From a virus (lineage: Duplodnaviria > Caudoviricetes), in the IMG/VR virus record IMGVR_UViG_3300034375_009562, positions 1-58,908 of that record: a DNA stretch of 58,908 nt; one strand, 5' to 3'. The position numbers and the translations under genes were made by a program. Positions within the stretch are counted from its first letter, which is position 1. Every line of letters begins with the position of its first letter. A model generated the notes under the pieces. The model was not told the DNA's origin, ran no database searches, and saw only the letters and a list, made by a program, of their open reading frames with translations. This document shows, piece by piece, positions 9,234 through 17,434 of this stretch.

Positions 9234-11054
9234 TTAAGCAACTTCTTGCTCGTCTACTATATCAGCATCAGGATTTCTTGCATACATACGAGATCCTACT
9301 TTCATCTGAGCATCTTGAAGTTCATTGAGTAGATTTTCAAGAGCATCTGTATCTGCCTCATTGATTTTTTCAATCAAAGATTCGATTTCAATTCGTTCTT
9401 CATCAGTGATTTCTTCTGAGAACTCTTTCAGCATAGATTGTGCAGAGTGAACTGCTGATTCAGCCGCATTGCGTAAGTCGACTTCGCGACGACGTGCTGC
9501 ATCAGCTTCTTTATTTGCTTCTGCCTCATCTATCATACGATCAATCTCTGCATCGCTCAATCCCCCATCTGACTTAATAGAGATCTTTTGTTCTTTGCCA
9601 GTTGCCTGATCTCGCGCACTAACATTAACAATACCGTTTGCATCAATATCAAAGGTTACTTCAATCTGTGGAACGCCTTTCGGTGCAGGAGCAATTCCTG
9701 ATAACATAAACTCTCCAAGTAGTTTATTATCTGCTACCATTTCTCGCTCACCTTGATACACTTTAATACTCACCGCTGGTTGATTGTCAGCAGCCGTAGA
9801 GAATGTCTGAGATTTTTTAGTTGGAATTGTAGTATTACGATCAATAATACGAGTCATTACACCACCAAGTGTCTCAAGACCTAATGATAGAGGTGTTACG
9901 TCTAATAAAACTACATCGTCTACGTCTCCGCTAAGTACTCCAGCTTGAATTGCTGCTCCAATGGAAACTACTTCATCAGGATTAACACCTTTATTTGGTA
10001 CAGTTTTAAAGTAAGCTTCAACAATCTCTGCAACCTTCGGCATACGAGTCATTCCACCTACAAGTACAACCTCATCTACCTTATTAAGGTTAGCATCTTT
10101 CATTGCTCTTTTACAAGCCTCAATACTCTTATCAAGTAGATCTTGTACTAAAGATTCAAACTTAGCACGAGTAATTTTAACCTGAAGATGTTTTGGACCA
10201 GAAGCATCTGCTGTAACAAAAGGAAGATTTACTTCAGTTTGTGTGGTGGAAGACAATTCGATTTTAGCTTTTTCAGCCGCTTCTCTTACTCTTTGAAGTG
10301 CTAGGTTATCTTTTCTGAGATCAATTGATTCGTTTTTCATAAACTCATCTGCAATGTAGTCTATCAAACGATTATCGAAGTCTTCACCCCCTAAATATGT
10401 GTCTCCATTTGTGGAAAGCACTTCAATGATACCATCTCCGATGTCTAATATAGAAACGTCGAATGTGCCTCCACCTAAGTCATAAACTGCAATTGTACTG
10501 CTGTCATTTTTATCTAGTCCATATGCAAGTGCCGCTGCAGTAGGCTCGTTAATAATACGAAGTACTTCAAGACCTGCAATTTTTCCTGCGTCTTTAGTTG
10601 CTTGACGTTGGGCATCATTAAAGTATGCAGGTACAGTAATAACCGCTTTATCAACTGACTGCCCTAAATATGCTTCTGCGTCTGTTTTAAGTTTTTGTAA
10701 AATTTTTGAAGAGATTTGAGATGGTGAGTATTCTACGTCTAGTGCTTTTACCCAGGCATCTCCATTTCTTGATTTAATAATACTATATGAAACTGATTCT
10801 CTAACGCTTTTTGCTGTGTCGCTGTCATACCTAACGCCCATCAGTCTTTTAACTGCATGAATTGTATTTTCTGCATTAGTAACTGCTTGACGCTTTGCTG
10901 AAGCGCCAACAACTTCTTCATCCGCGCTAAAAGAAATAATAGATGGAGTAGTTCTAGCTCCCTCTGCATTTTCAATAATCTTTGCACTCCCGTTTTCAAA
11001 TACCGAAACACAAGAGTTTGTTGTACCTAAATCAATACCAATTGTTTTACTCAT
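9234..11054 (-). CDS. dnaK: molecular chaperone DnaK (Hsp70)
   Basis: [58 protein letters not shown]. Confidence 0.98.
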   Translation of the reverse strand: MSKTIGIDLGTTNSCVSVFENGSAKIIENAEGARTTPSIISFSADEEVVGASAKRQAVTNAENTIHAVKRLMGVRYDSDTAKSVRESVSYSIIKSRNGDAWVKALDVEYSPSQISSKILQKLKTDAEAYLGQSVDKAVITVPAYFNDAQRQATKDAGKIAGLEVLRIINEPTAAALAYGLDKNDSSTIAVYDLGGGTFDVSILDIGDGIIEVLSTNGDTYLGGEDFDNRLIDYIADEFMKNESIDLRKDNLALQRVREAAEKAKIELSSTTQTEVNLPFVTADASGPKHLQVKITRAKFESLVQDLLDKSIEACKRAMKDANLNKVDEVVLVGGMTRMPKVAEIVEAYFKTVPNKGVNPDEVVSIGAAIQAGVLSGDVDDVVLLDVTPLSLGLETLGGVMTRIIDRNTTIPTKKSQTFSTAADNQPAVSIKVYQGEREMVADNKLLGEFMLSGIAPAPKGVPQIEVTFDIDANGIVNVSARDQATGKEQKISIKSDGGLSDAEIDRMIDEAEANKEADAARRREVDLRNAAESAVHSAQSMLKEFSEEITDEERIEIESLIEKINEADTDALENLLNELQDAQMKVGSRMYARNPDADIVDEQEVA

Positions 11055-11208
11055 AATTTATTCTCCAATGCACATAACCGTGCCAAAGTAAATAGTTTAT
11101 AAAAATACCTAAAGCATCCCCAAAGGCAATGCTTATAGTACTTGTGTAGGCTATATAAGCTATCACTACATAGTCGTACCATTCAAGGCTAGTCCCAGAG
11201 TGATTCAT
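11047..11208 (-). CDS. small membrane protein (start uncertain)
   Basis: hydrophobic C-terminal part of ORF 11047-11301, overlaps dnaK start. Confidence 0.4.
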   Translation of the reverse strand: MNHSGTSLEWYDYVVIAYIAYTSTISIAFGDALGIFINYLLWHGYVHWRINYE

Positions 11209-11650
11209 AATGTTTACCAAATAGTGCGAAACCTTCATCCATTCGTGCTTGATGAGCATTTCTTGCATCCCGATCAATGATATGCTCTTTAGACCAGACA
11301 AGAGTTTTGTTGCCTTCTGAGTCTACTTCTCCCGCATCCCAGTCTATCTCACCTTCTTGAAGCACATACTGTTGTTCCCAATCAATTAGTTTTTGCTCAA
11401 ATGACCAGATCATTTTATCTAAAATCTCATCCCATTGTTCTTCAGACATAGTACTAGGATAACTATGAGTTGATGCTTTAAGTTGTTTTAGCATAGGAAC
11501 AATAATTTCAGCAAGGGTAAGATCCATACTCCAAGTATCCCAAGGGTCTATATGTACCTTTCTTTTTTGTTCTGGAAGATAATCAAAAAGTTTATATAAC
11601 CAGTTGTGATAAAATCTGTAAGTAGGATAATTGCTAATATATACTTTCAT
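11189..11650 (-). CDS. conserved phage hypothetical protein
   Basis: DPWDTWSMDLTLA...PMLKQLK...[14 protein letters not shown]; promoter TTGACA-17-TAAAAT at 11660-11688. Confidence 0.75.
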   Translation of the reverse strand: MKVYISNYPTYRFYHNWLYKLFDYLPEQKRKVHIDPWDTWSMDLTLAEIIVPMLKQLKASTHSYPSTMSEEQWDEILDKMIWSFEQKLIDWEQQYVLQEGEIDWDAGEVDSEGNKTLVWSKEHIIDRDARNAHQARMDEGFALFGKHYESLWD

Positions 11651-11690
11651 AGTGAACTCATTTTATTAAAATTTTAAGCATTTGTCAAAC

Positions 11691-11720
11691 AAAAAGCACG
11701 CCCAGTTTCCTGAGCGTGCT
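11691..11720 (-). terminator. intrinsic terminator closing the large ncRNA unit
   Basis: AGCACGCTCAG-GAAA-CTGGGCGTGCT followed by TTTT. Confidence 0.85.
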
Positions 11721-12009
11721 AGTTTGTGATTGCCCCTCCCGACAGGGGACTTACCAACTCGCTCACAAACAAACGAGACTAAACATCAATTTTCGGGCAG
11801 GATGAGTTTAGTACATCCCCGACAAGTTTTGGGTTAACTGGTACTTATCAAACCAGCCCCTCATCTACGAACATTTAGTTGTAGTGAAGGAAAACTAGGG
11901 TAGTCGCCACCAACCTCGCCAACTACCGTGCGGCAGGATACACCCTGTTGTTCCGCCCCGACTCTCAGTTTTAGGCCGATTTAACATGCCATGCCCCTGA
12001 GACAAGGGA

Positions 12010-12088
12010 CTACTTGAAGAGAGAGGTTTGCACTCCATTTCCGAGTTCATAAGTCTCAGGTCTTGCTAATTAGACGATCTTCAAGCAG
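12010..12088 (-). other. tRNA-like cloverleaf lacking CCA, embedded in ncRNA
   Basis: 11-bp stem CTGCTTGAAGA/TCTTCAAGTAG, D arm GTCT/AGAC, anticodon-like loop CTTATGA, T-loop TGCAAAC. Confidence 0.6.
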
Positions 12089-12728
12089 CAAGTGAGTGGC
12101 GCTTGTAAAACTAGTAATAACTGCTTACCACTCTAAATTGGGCAGAGCCTGTAAATAAACACAGGTTGCACCTTCCTCTATTCGCCCATAGTGGCATGGT
12201 GTAGAGGTTTCACCATATAGTGAAGTGATGAGAATATTTTTTACTCACAAGCGACTAGTCAGTATCTCGTATACCATTCGCCACAACAACCTGTTAGCTA
12301 GTTGAGCAGGAGCACTACTCCCCAGGTCTACTTTTTCCCGCTGACACAGGAATATTCAGTCACACTTCGATGTGGGAGCTACCCACACAAGAAACTGGGG
12401 GGAGAACTTTTAGGTCGCTCCCCTGCCCCTCACAGAGCCGACCGCGTTGATGTAGGTAACTGCAAAACCTGTCCAAGACGGCGATATTTTATGAGCAAGC
12501 TCAAGGACTGCGGCTCAGGTCTCGTATCGCTCGTGCCTAGCGTCACGGTAACGGCGGGAACCCGATGAGTTCTTCTTTTATGTCGCGCTCATTACGACAA
12601 GAGAGACAGGCTGAGACCGATTCCGTGACTCCGTTGCATCATTAACTGGTTTTACCTTGTGCTGTTAGTGTCCCGAAGGAGACTGTGTAGCCCAGAGGAT
12701 GATGCCTACTCTCTCATTCAATAAATAT

Positions 12729-12757
12729 ATTATATAAAAATTTTAAGTTCTTAGCAA
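12729..12757 (-). promoter_or_regulatory. sigma70-type promoter for ncRNA unit 1
   Basis: TTGCTA-17nt-TATAAT. Confidence 0.8.
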
Positions 12758-12769
12758 CATTAAAATCAA

Positions 12770-13091
12770 AGGGGAGACTGCTTTCTGTACTAGCGAAGAT
12801 TAATTTTACAGTGCCTAGTGAACTACCTTTGTAATACACATCTTTGGCGGATCTTGCTTTCCTTACTTACAGGACTCCCCATGAAATTTTGCGGATGGTT
12901 TTTTTAAGTTGGTTATCCATTCCTCAACAACAGAATAAGGGCTGATCACGACACCAAATCTGGTAATTGTCTATCAGCTCTCTCTGAGGTTCAGAGAGCA
13001 TTTCCTTCTAGTGAAAACTAGAGTGCTATAGTAGGTGCTATTTTTGTCCGAATCTTATTCAGCGACTTAGGCATAACTGCCTTCTCATTAT
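12770..13091 (-). ncRNA. candidate ~320 nt structured ncRNA unit 2
   Basis: GAATAAG/CTTATTC multibranch, GTTG/CAAC pseudoknot, GGGGAG/CTCCCC-closed ~120 nt domain; promoter at 13098-13126. Confidence 0.65.
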
Positions 13092-13097
13092 TTTAAT

Positions 13098-13126
13098 ATT
13101 ATAAATAAAAATTTAGAGTTAGCCAA
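13098..13126 (-). promoter_or_regulatory. sigma70-type promoter for ncRNA unit 2
   Basis: TTGGCT-17nt-TATAAT. Confidence 0.7.
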
Positions 13127-13168
13127 TCAAATTTTTGAAAATTTTAAAGTAAGCCTATTACTCTAAGG

Positions 13169-13357
13169 TCATTTTTTTAGTTTTTCGCTTAACCAGATAA
13201 ACGGAAAGATAACAACAAATATAGGCAACACAATAGCCCATAAAAGTAAGTCACTTACAGTTGATTCTTGTTCTTCGTGTTTTCCGTTTCCTGATGCAGC
13301 TCTTGTCCAATATACCCCACTATTGTGGTTCTTCGGTTTTAGTCCTGCTTGTCTCAT
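13169..13357 (-). CDS. small membrane protein
   Basis: C-terminal TM; coupled to upstream ORF. Confidence 0.55.
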   Translation of the reverse strand: MRQAGLKPKNHNSGVYWTRAASGNGKHEEQESTVSDLLLWAIVLPIFVVIFPFIWLSEKLKK

Positions 13358-13686
13358 CTATCATTCCAAAATTCATCGAAGTATTCAGCATAGAGTTTTA
13401 GAGATGCTCTAAGATTCTCTCTATCATAGACTTCTGCTTCGTCACTTTCATAAAAGTCTGTGAACAAGTATCTATCCAAATCGTCAATGATTTGAGCAAC
13501 TAAAATATCCCAATTTTCTTGAGAAGTAAAATCATTCGGGAATGTGTCACATACTTTTTGATACTCTACAAGAGACCTGTACATCACATTAAGAATGATT
13601 TTATCAGCGTAAAAACCATCTTCTCGTTCAGTAAAAATGTCTATTCGTTCACAGTCAGTGTCTAACGAAGTCAGATTAGCTAACAT
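13354..13686 (-). CDS. acidic hypothetical protein
   Basis: 110 aa coupled ORF. Confidence 0.6.
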   Translation of the reverse strand: MLANLTSLDTDCERIDIFTEREDGFYADKIILNVMYRSLVEYQKVCDTFPNDFTSQENWDILVAQIIDDLDRYLFTDFYESDEAEVYDRENLRASLKLYAEYFDEFWNDR

Positions 13687-13687
13687 A

Positions 13688-13987
13688 TTATTTCTCTATT
13701 ACTTCATCCATAAAAGTTTCAAATTGATCGAGCATTTCTTTATAGGAAAAAGCATCGACAACCTTCCAGTCTTTGTCTATAACAAAACTGTCATAATCTT
13801 CCATTTCTTCTAGTGCTTTAACCATCAAACAATGTTTATGCTGTGTTTTGTCTTTTTGAACATAAAAACCTCTACAATCACAAGAATAGTGACCACGATT
13901 ATTTTTTGTAACATTGTAGGTGATTGGATCATCTTGTAGGTTAGTAACTTGAAAATCTGAATTAGTTATTTTTTTAACTGCATACAT
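13688..13987 (-). CDS. SWIM-type zinc finger protein
   Basis: YNVT...YSCDCRGF...HKHC; AGGAG SD; promoter TTGCTT-17-TATTAT at 14011-14039. Confidence 0.65.
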   Translation of the reverse strand: MYAVKKITNSDFQVTNLQDDPITYNVTKNNRGHYSCDCRGFYVQKDKTQHKHCLMVKALEEMEDYDSFVIDKDWKVVDAFSYKEMLDQFETFMDEVIEK

Positions 13988-14056
13988 TCAACTCTCCTTG
14001 ATTATTCTTAATAATATCAAAAAATTTAATGTTAAGCAAGAACTAATTGAAATAAT

Positions 14057-14150
14057 TGGTAGGCCAGTCTGGATTCGAACCAGAATCGCTCTCTAATCTG
14101 GAGACTGTGCCGCGTATAAGGCGGGTGTTTTACCATTAAACTACTGGCCT
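14057..14150 (-). tRNA. tRNA-Ile(UAU)-like with 24-nt extra arm
   Basis: AGGCCAG/CTGGCCT-A-CCA acceptor, anticodon loop CTTATAC, T arm TCTGG-TTCGAAT-CCAGA; 94 nt. Confidence 0.8.
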
Positions 14151-14152
14151 AT

Positions 14153-14229
14153 TGGTACTCCCGGAGGGACTCGAACCCCCAACAACACCGTTATGAGCGG
14201 TGGGTTCTAACCAATTGAACTACAGGAGT
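14153..14229 (-). tRNA. tRNA-CAU (elongator Met or lysidine Ile2)
   Basis: cloverleaf, CACCG-CTCATAA-CGGTG, encoded CCA. Confidence 0.9.
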
Positions 14230-14508
14230 AAATATTCGAGTTATCCAAGATTTTTTAGGACTCGATTGATACTTATGTATAAATTCTGGCGAGTAGTCTT
14301 GTGTTAAATAGTATGCTAAAGCAGCTTTAGCAATAGCTGTTTCGACTAGATTAACTTGAGAATCAGTATAGGCTTTCATTTTAAGCAAATCGTTTTCAGT
14401 AAGTTCTTTACCCCAATGGTCAATTAATGTTTTTGCTATAGCTTCTAGCTCAAGTTGCTTTTCAAAAGCATCAATTTCTAGATCTGCCCAAAAATCATTT
14501 CCCATCAT
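14191..14508 (-). CDS. hypothetical protein; 3' end overlaps tRNA-CAU
   Basis: 105 aa; GGAG SD; stop lies in the anticodon loop. Confidence 0.55.
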   Translation of the reverse strand: MMGNDFWADLEIDAFEKQLELEAIAKTLIDHWGKELTENDLLKMKAYTDSQVNLVETAIAKAALAYYLTQDYSPEFIHKYQSSPKKSWITRIFTPVVQLVRTHRS

Positions 14509-14680
14509 CTGTTGTATCTCCCATTCTGAAAAAGTATTTTTTCATTGCAATAGCTAAGTCATCCCCTTCGATATATACCCTGCTTGAAGGTATGCCTTCT
14601 TGAAATAAAGTAGCAAAAAGTTTACCATTATCAATAGCAAACTCTATTTCAATATTTGTCCCTTCAAATCTGTATTTCAT
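14495..14680 (-). CDS. hypothetical protein
   Basis: GAGG SD, 61 aa. Confidence 0.6.
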   Translation of the reverse strand: MKYRFEGTNIEIEFAIDNGKLFATLFQEGIPSSRVYIEGDDLAIAMKKYFFRMGDTTDDGK

Positions 14681-14694
14681 GCTATCCTCATGTT

Positions 14695-14780
14695 TGGTAC
14701 GGACGGCGAGACTCGAACTCGCACGACTTAAAGTCTCAGGATTTTAAGTCCTGTGTGTCTACCTATTCCACCACGCCCGC
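14695..14780 (-). tRNA. tRNA-Leu(UAA)
   Basis: CAGGA-CTTAAAA-TCCTG, long variable arm, CCA. Confidence 0.95.
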
Positions 14781-14786
14781 ATATAA

Positions 14787-15011
14787 TTAATCTTTTTCTG
14801 TTAATTCTTTAATACGAGCATAAGCAGCATATCGCGCTTCTGTTTCTTCTTTTAGTTGATGTTTTAGTAGTTCAATTTCGTTACTCAGTTGTATTACCAT
14901 TTTTCGATAGTATTCAGCTTCTTTGTCAGTCTGGTCGACTGCTTCTTGCTTTTGTAGCACAGGTTTTTTTAAAGGTATGCCAAAAGAATATTCCATAGTA
15001 ATTAACCTCAT
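14787..15011 (-). CDS. coiled-coil hypothetical protein
   Basis: 74 aa; promoter TTTACA-17-TATTAT at 15028-15056. Confidence 0.6.
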   Translation of the reverse strand: MRLITMEYSFGIPLKKPVLQKQEAVDQTDKEAEYYRKMVIQLSNEIELLKHQLKEETEARYAAYARIKELTEKD

Positions 15012-15064
15012 TTCATTTTATATTTATATAATATAATAAATTTAAGTAGCTGTAAAGTATAAAT

Positions 15065-15139
15065 TGGCACAGGTGCGAGGATTTGAACCCCGACTTCCGG
15101 TTTTGGAGACCGTCGTGCTACCATTGACACTACACCCAT
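15065..15139 (-). tRNA. tRNA-Trp(CCA)
   Basis: anticodon loop CTCCAAA, G73, CCA. Confidence 0.92.
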
Positions 15140-15140
15140 A

Positions 15141-15230
15141 TGGCGGAGAGACAGGGATTCGAACCCTGGAAGGGCTTGCACCCTTGCTGGTTTTCAAGAC
15201 CAGTGCCTTCAACCACTCAGCCATCTCTCC
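15141..15230 (-). tRNA. tRNA-Ser(UGA)
   Basis: CTGGT-CTTGAAA-ACCAG, long variable arm, GCCA. Confidence 0.96.
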
Positions 15231-15233
15231 ATT

Positions 15234-15310
<77 letters not shown>

Positions 15311-15318
15311 AAGTGTTA

Positions 15319-15822
15319 TTACTTTTGTGCAACACAATAAAATGCGTGGTTCAAATCATATCCTTGAGAAACAAAACTTTTAGACCAAAGATTATCCATA
15401 TCTTCAAAGTAGTATTCCATCAAATTAGGAGTCAATGCGTGAATATGCTTTCTGTTATGCCAAGGACGCCAATATTTTTGATCAAAATGAGGTAGATATA
15501 GAAATAAAATACCACCTGGTTTTAGTTTAGAATTCCAGTACTCAAGTGCTTCTACATAGTTAGGTAGATGTTCTAAGCAGTGAGAAGAGAAAATATAATC
15601 TACTAAAGGAGGCACATCAGGAAGGTTATAAGCATCCCAAGGATCGTCAAAATCTAAATCAATTGGGATAGCTCCAGGATACGCCCATTCTTTTTTCATA
15701 CATCCAATATCAAACCCAATTCCTGAGAGTATTTCTTGAGCAAAAGGAATAGCATACTTAGACGCATGACCTTTTGTTTGGAGTATAGGATATTCCTCTC
15801 CTTTAAATTCAATTGTTTCCAT
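15319..15822 (-). CDS. SAM-dependent methyltransferase (type 11-like)
   Basis: GFDIGC, DYIFSSHCLEH, LKPGGILFLYLP. Confidence 0.85.
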   Translation of the reverse strand: METIEFKGEEYPILQTKGHASKYAIPFAQEILSGIGFDIGCMKKEWAYPGAIPIDLDFDDPWDAYNLPDVPPLVDYIFSSHCLEHLPNYVEALEYWNSKLKPGGILFLYLPHFDQKYWRPWHNRKHIHALTPNLMEYYFEDMDNLWSKSFVSQGYDLNHAFYCVAQK

Positions 15823-15957
15823 TTTGTAGTAACCTATCTATTTTCTTTTCAATACTTTGAAGAGTAGTTTCAATATCTTTTATAAGATCTTTTACATCTT
15901 TTGGCTCTTTTGTCTCTTCTCGTAACCTTCTAAGCATATAAGCCTCATAAGACTCTC

Positions 15958-16263
15958 TCATCTTAGTCTCCTGTAATGAGTTAATTCATACATTCGCTTA
16001 AATGATTTTGCTTCTGAAGAAGAAAAAAACCTAAACCAAACAGTATTTCCAAAACCATACTGCCACTGTGTCCAGTCCCACATATACTCACAATTATCTA
16101 AACACCATTGTTTTAGTACTTTAAATTCGGCACTATCATATGTGAACTTTGTTTTAAAAAATTCAATAGAATCTCCTTGAATACCTTTATTAAAAGATTC
16201 AAATTTCTTATTTTCTTTACAAAACTCATATGCTTTTTGATCGGACCAATTCTTCTTTATCAT
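15958..16263 (-). CDS. hypothetical protein
   Basis: 101 aa ORF. Confidence 0.55.
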   Translation of the reverse strand: MIKKNWSDQKAYEFCKENKKFESFNKGIQGDSIEFFKTKFTYDSAEFKVLKQWCLDNCEYMWDWTQWQYGFGNTVWFRFFSSSEAKSFKRMYELTHYRRLR

Positions 16264-16355
16264 ATTTTTCTTTTACCTTTGTATAAATTCTTTTAGCAGT
16301 AGTCTTATTACCATAAAAAAGAACAACATTATTTACATAGATAATACAACGCATA

Positions 16356-16592
16356 TTATCTATCTCTTGCATCTTCAATATGGGTTTCTGATTTCCAGAC
16401 AATTTGGCCCTCTAAAACATATTCTACTGCGTGGATGTAATCTTTTTCTTCATCATTTAATATATTCCAAAATTTAGTAATAGAATAAAGATGTTCTCTG
16501 ACAACTTCAGGTCTATTAAGATGATAATTATGATTCATCCAGTTCTCAAGTATATCTAGTCTTTGATTAATTTTTTGCTTTAAGTCTGTCAT
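16356..16592 (-). CDS. hypothetical protein (start MTDLKQK, immediately after tRNA-Glu)
   Basis: ORF track start lies within the tRNA; next ATG at 16592. Confidence 0.6.
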   Translation of the reverse strand: MTDLKQKINQRLDILENWMNHNYHLNRPEVVREHLYSITKFWNILNDEEKDYIHAVEYVLEGQIVWKSETHIEDARDR

Positions 16593-16593
16593 A

Positions 16594-16669
16594 TGGTACA
16601 CCCTACGGGATTCGAACCCGTGTTGCCGCCGTGAAAGGGCGATGTCCTAAACCACTAGACGAAGGGTGC
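16594..16669 (-). tRNA. tRNA-Glu(UUC)
   Basis: anticodon loop CTTTCAC, CCA. Confidence 0.95.
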
Positions 16670-16670
16670 T

Positions 16671-16744
16671 TGGAGCGGCATATCGGATTCGAACCGATGA
16701 CAAGAGCTTGGAAGGCTCGCATGTTACCACTACACCAATGCCGC
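16671..16744 (-). tRNA. tRNA-Gly(UCC)
   Basis: anticodon loop CTTCCAA, U73, CCA. Confidence 0.95.
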
Positions 16745-16750
16745 GTCATA

Positions 16751-16972
16751 TTAAAGATACTCTTCAACAATTTCTAACTTATCTTTGTAGTCTGCCATTT
16801 CAGCAATTTCTTTTTCAATTTCATCCATAATGTCGCCATGCTCTCCAATCCCAGCTGGATTCTCTAGCAAGTTTTCAACATTAATTAGATGTTTTTCAAT
16901 ATGTGCTTCAAAGTGAAGACGAAGTGCTTCTTTGATGCGTTCTTGCATACTAATATGTGATCGTTGTTTCAT
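16751..16972 (-). CDS. conserved marine phage hypothetical protein
   Basis: NVENLLENPAGIGEHGDIMDEIEKE motif; GAGG SD. Confidence 0.7.
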   Translation of the reverse strand: MKQRSHISMQERIKEALRLHFEAHIEKHLINVENLLENPAGIGEHGDIMDEIEKEIAEMADYKDKLEIVEEYL

Positions 16973-16990
16973 TTTACCCTCATTAAAGTT

Positions 16991-17089
16991 GATGTGGGCT
17001 AACCGTTGACCCACACGCGTGTATTAAGGCACGACCCTACCCAGGTGGCACCATCTGCTTAGTTATTTTACAAGAGAAGCAGAACTCTT
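16991..17089 (-). ncRNA. candidate ~100 nt structured RNA between tRNA-Leu(UAG) and next gene
   Basis: pseudoknot AAGAG/CTCTT + TCTGCTT/AAGCAGA; terminal hairpin TGTGGG/CCCACA. Confidence 0.5.
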
Positions 17090-17093
17090 AAAC

Positions 17094-17178
17094 TGGTGCC
17101 CATGGAGGGAGTCGAACCCCCACGCCGTAAAGCACAGGTACCTAAAACCTGCGTGTCTACCAATTCCACCACATGGGC
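17094..17178 (-). tRNA. tRNA-Leu(UAG)
   Basis: CAGGT-TTTAGGT-ACCTG, long variable arm, CCA. Confidence 0.94.
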
Positions 17179-17181
17179 TTG

Positions 17182-17257
17182 TGGCTCCGACTGCAGGACT
17201 CGAACCTGCGACAGGGTGATTAACAGTCACCTGCTCTACCAACTGAGCTAAGTCGGA
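17182..17257 (-). tRNA. tRNA-Asn(GUU)
   Basis: GGTGA-CTGTTAA-TCACC, GCCA. Confidence 0.96.
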
Positions 17258-17260
17258 ATA

Positions 17261-17336
17261 TGGTGCTGAGTGGAGGACTTGAACCCCCAGCCTCTGGAGT
17301 ACAAAACCAGTGCTCTACCAGTTGAGCTAACTCAGC
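17261..17336 (-). tRNA. tRNA-Thr(UGU)
   Basis: anticodon loop TTTGTAC, G1-C72/C2-G71, CCA; promoter TTGCTT-17-TAATAT at 17352-17380. Confidence 0.92.
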
Positions 17337-17382
17337 ATTATTAATATAAGTATATTATCAAAATTAAAACCTAAAAGCAAGC

Positions 17383-17415
17383 AAAAAATAAGGGGCTTTA
17401 CTAAGAAAGCCCCTT
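17383..17415 (-). terminator. intrinsic terminator after hsp20
   Basis: AAGGGGCTTT/AAAGCCCCTT hairpin + ATTTTTT. Confidence 0.8.
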
Positions 17416-17434
17416 AATGTGTAAGTAACTGATA

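Larger units (their letters stand above)
11691..12722 (-). ncRNA. candidate ~1 kb structured non-coding RNA (or polycistronic small-RNA array), family unassigned
   Basis: no minus-strand ORF in the track, GC-richer than flanks, promoter at 12729-12757, terminator at 11691-11720, continuous hairpins and pseudoknots. Confidence 0.75.

Noticed and set aside
12175-12216. HDV-like/theta ribozyme (GGCGAAT before a pairing strand)
   Set aside because: P1, P2 and P4-like elements are present but no P3/L3 or P1.1, which the HDV fold requires
12302-12568. 88 aa plus-strand ORF in the ncRNA region
   Set aside because: TTG start, no SD, opposite to the local transcription direction, no recognisable motifs; likely a by-product of higher GC
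11691-13091. RNase P RNA, SRP RNA, GOLLD or CRISPR array
   Set aside because: No GAGGAAAGTCC/ACAGAA..CGGCTTA, no SRP GGAAGG..GCAG loop, no GOLLD 3' motifs as I recall them, and no regularly spaced direct repeats; formal cmscan still needed
17054-17089. preQ1-I riboswitch or pistol ribozyme call
   Set aside because: Only topological resemblance; no queuosine genes downstream and the pistol P2/P3 arrangement is missing; kept as an unassigned RNA
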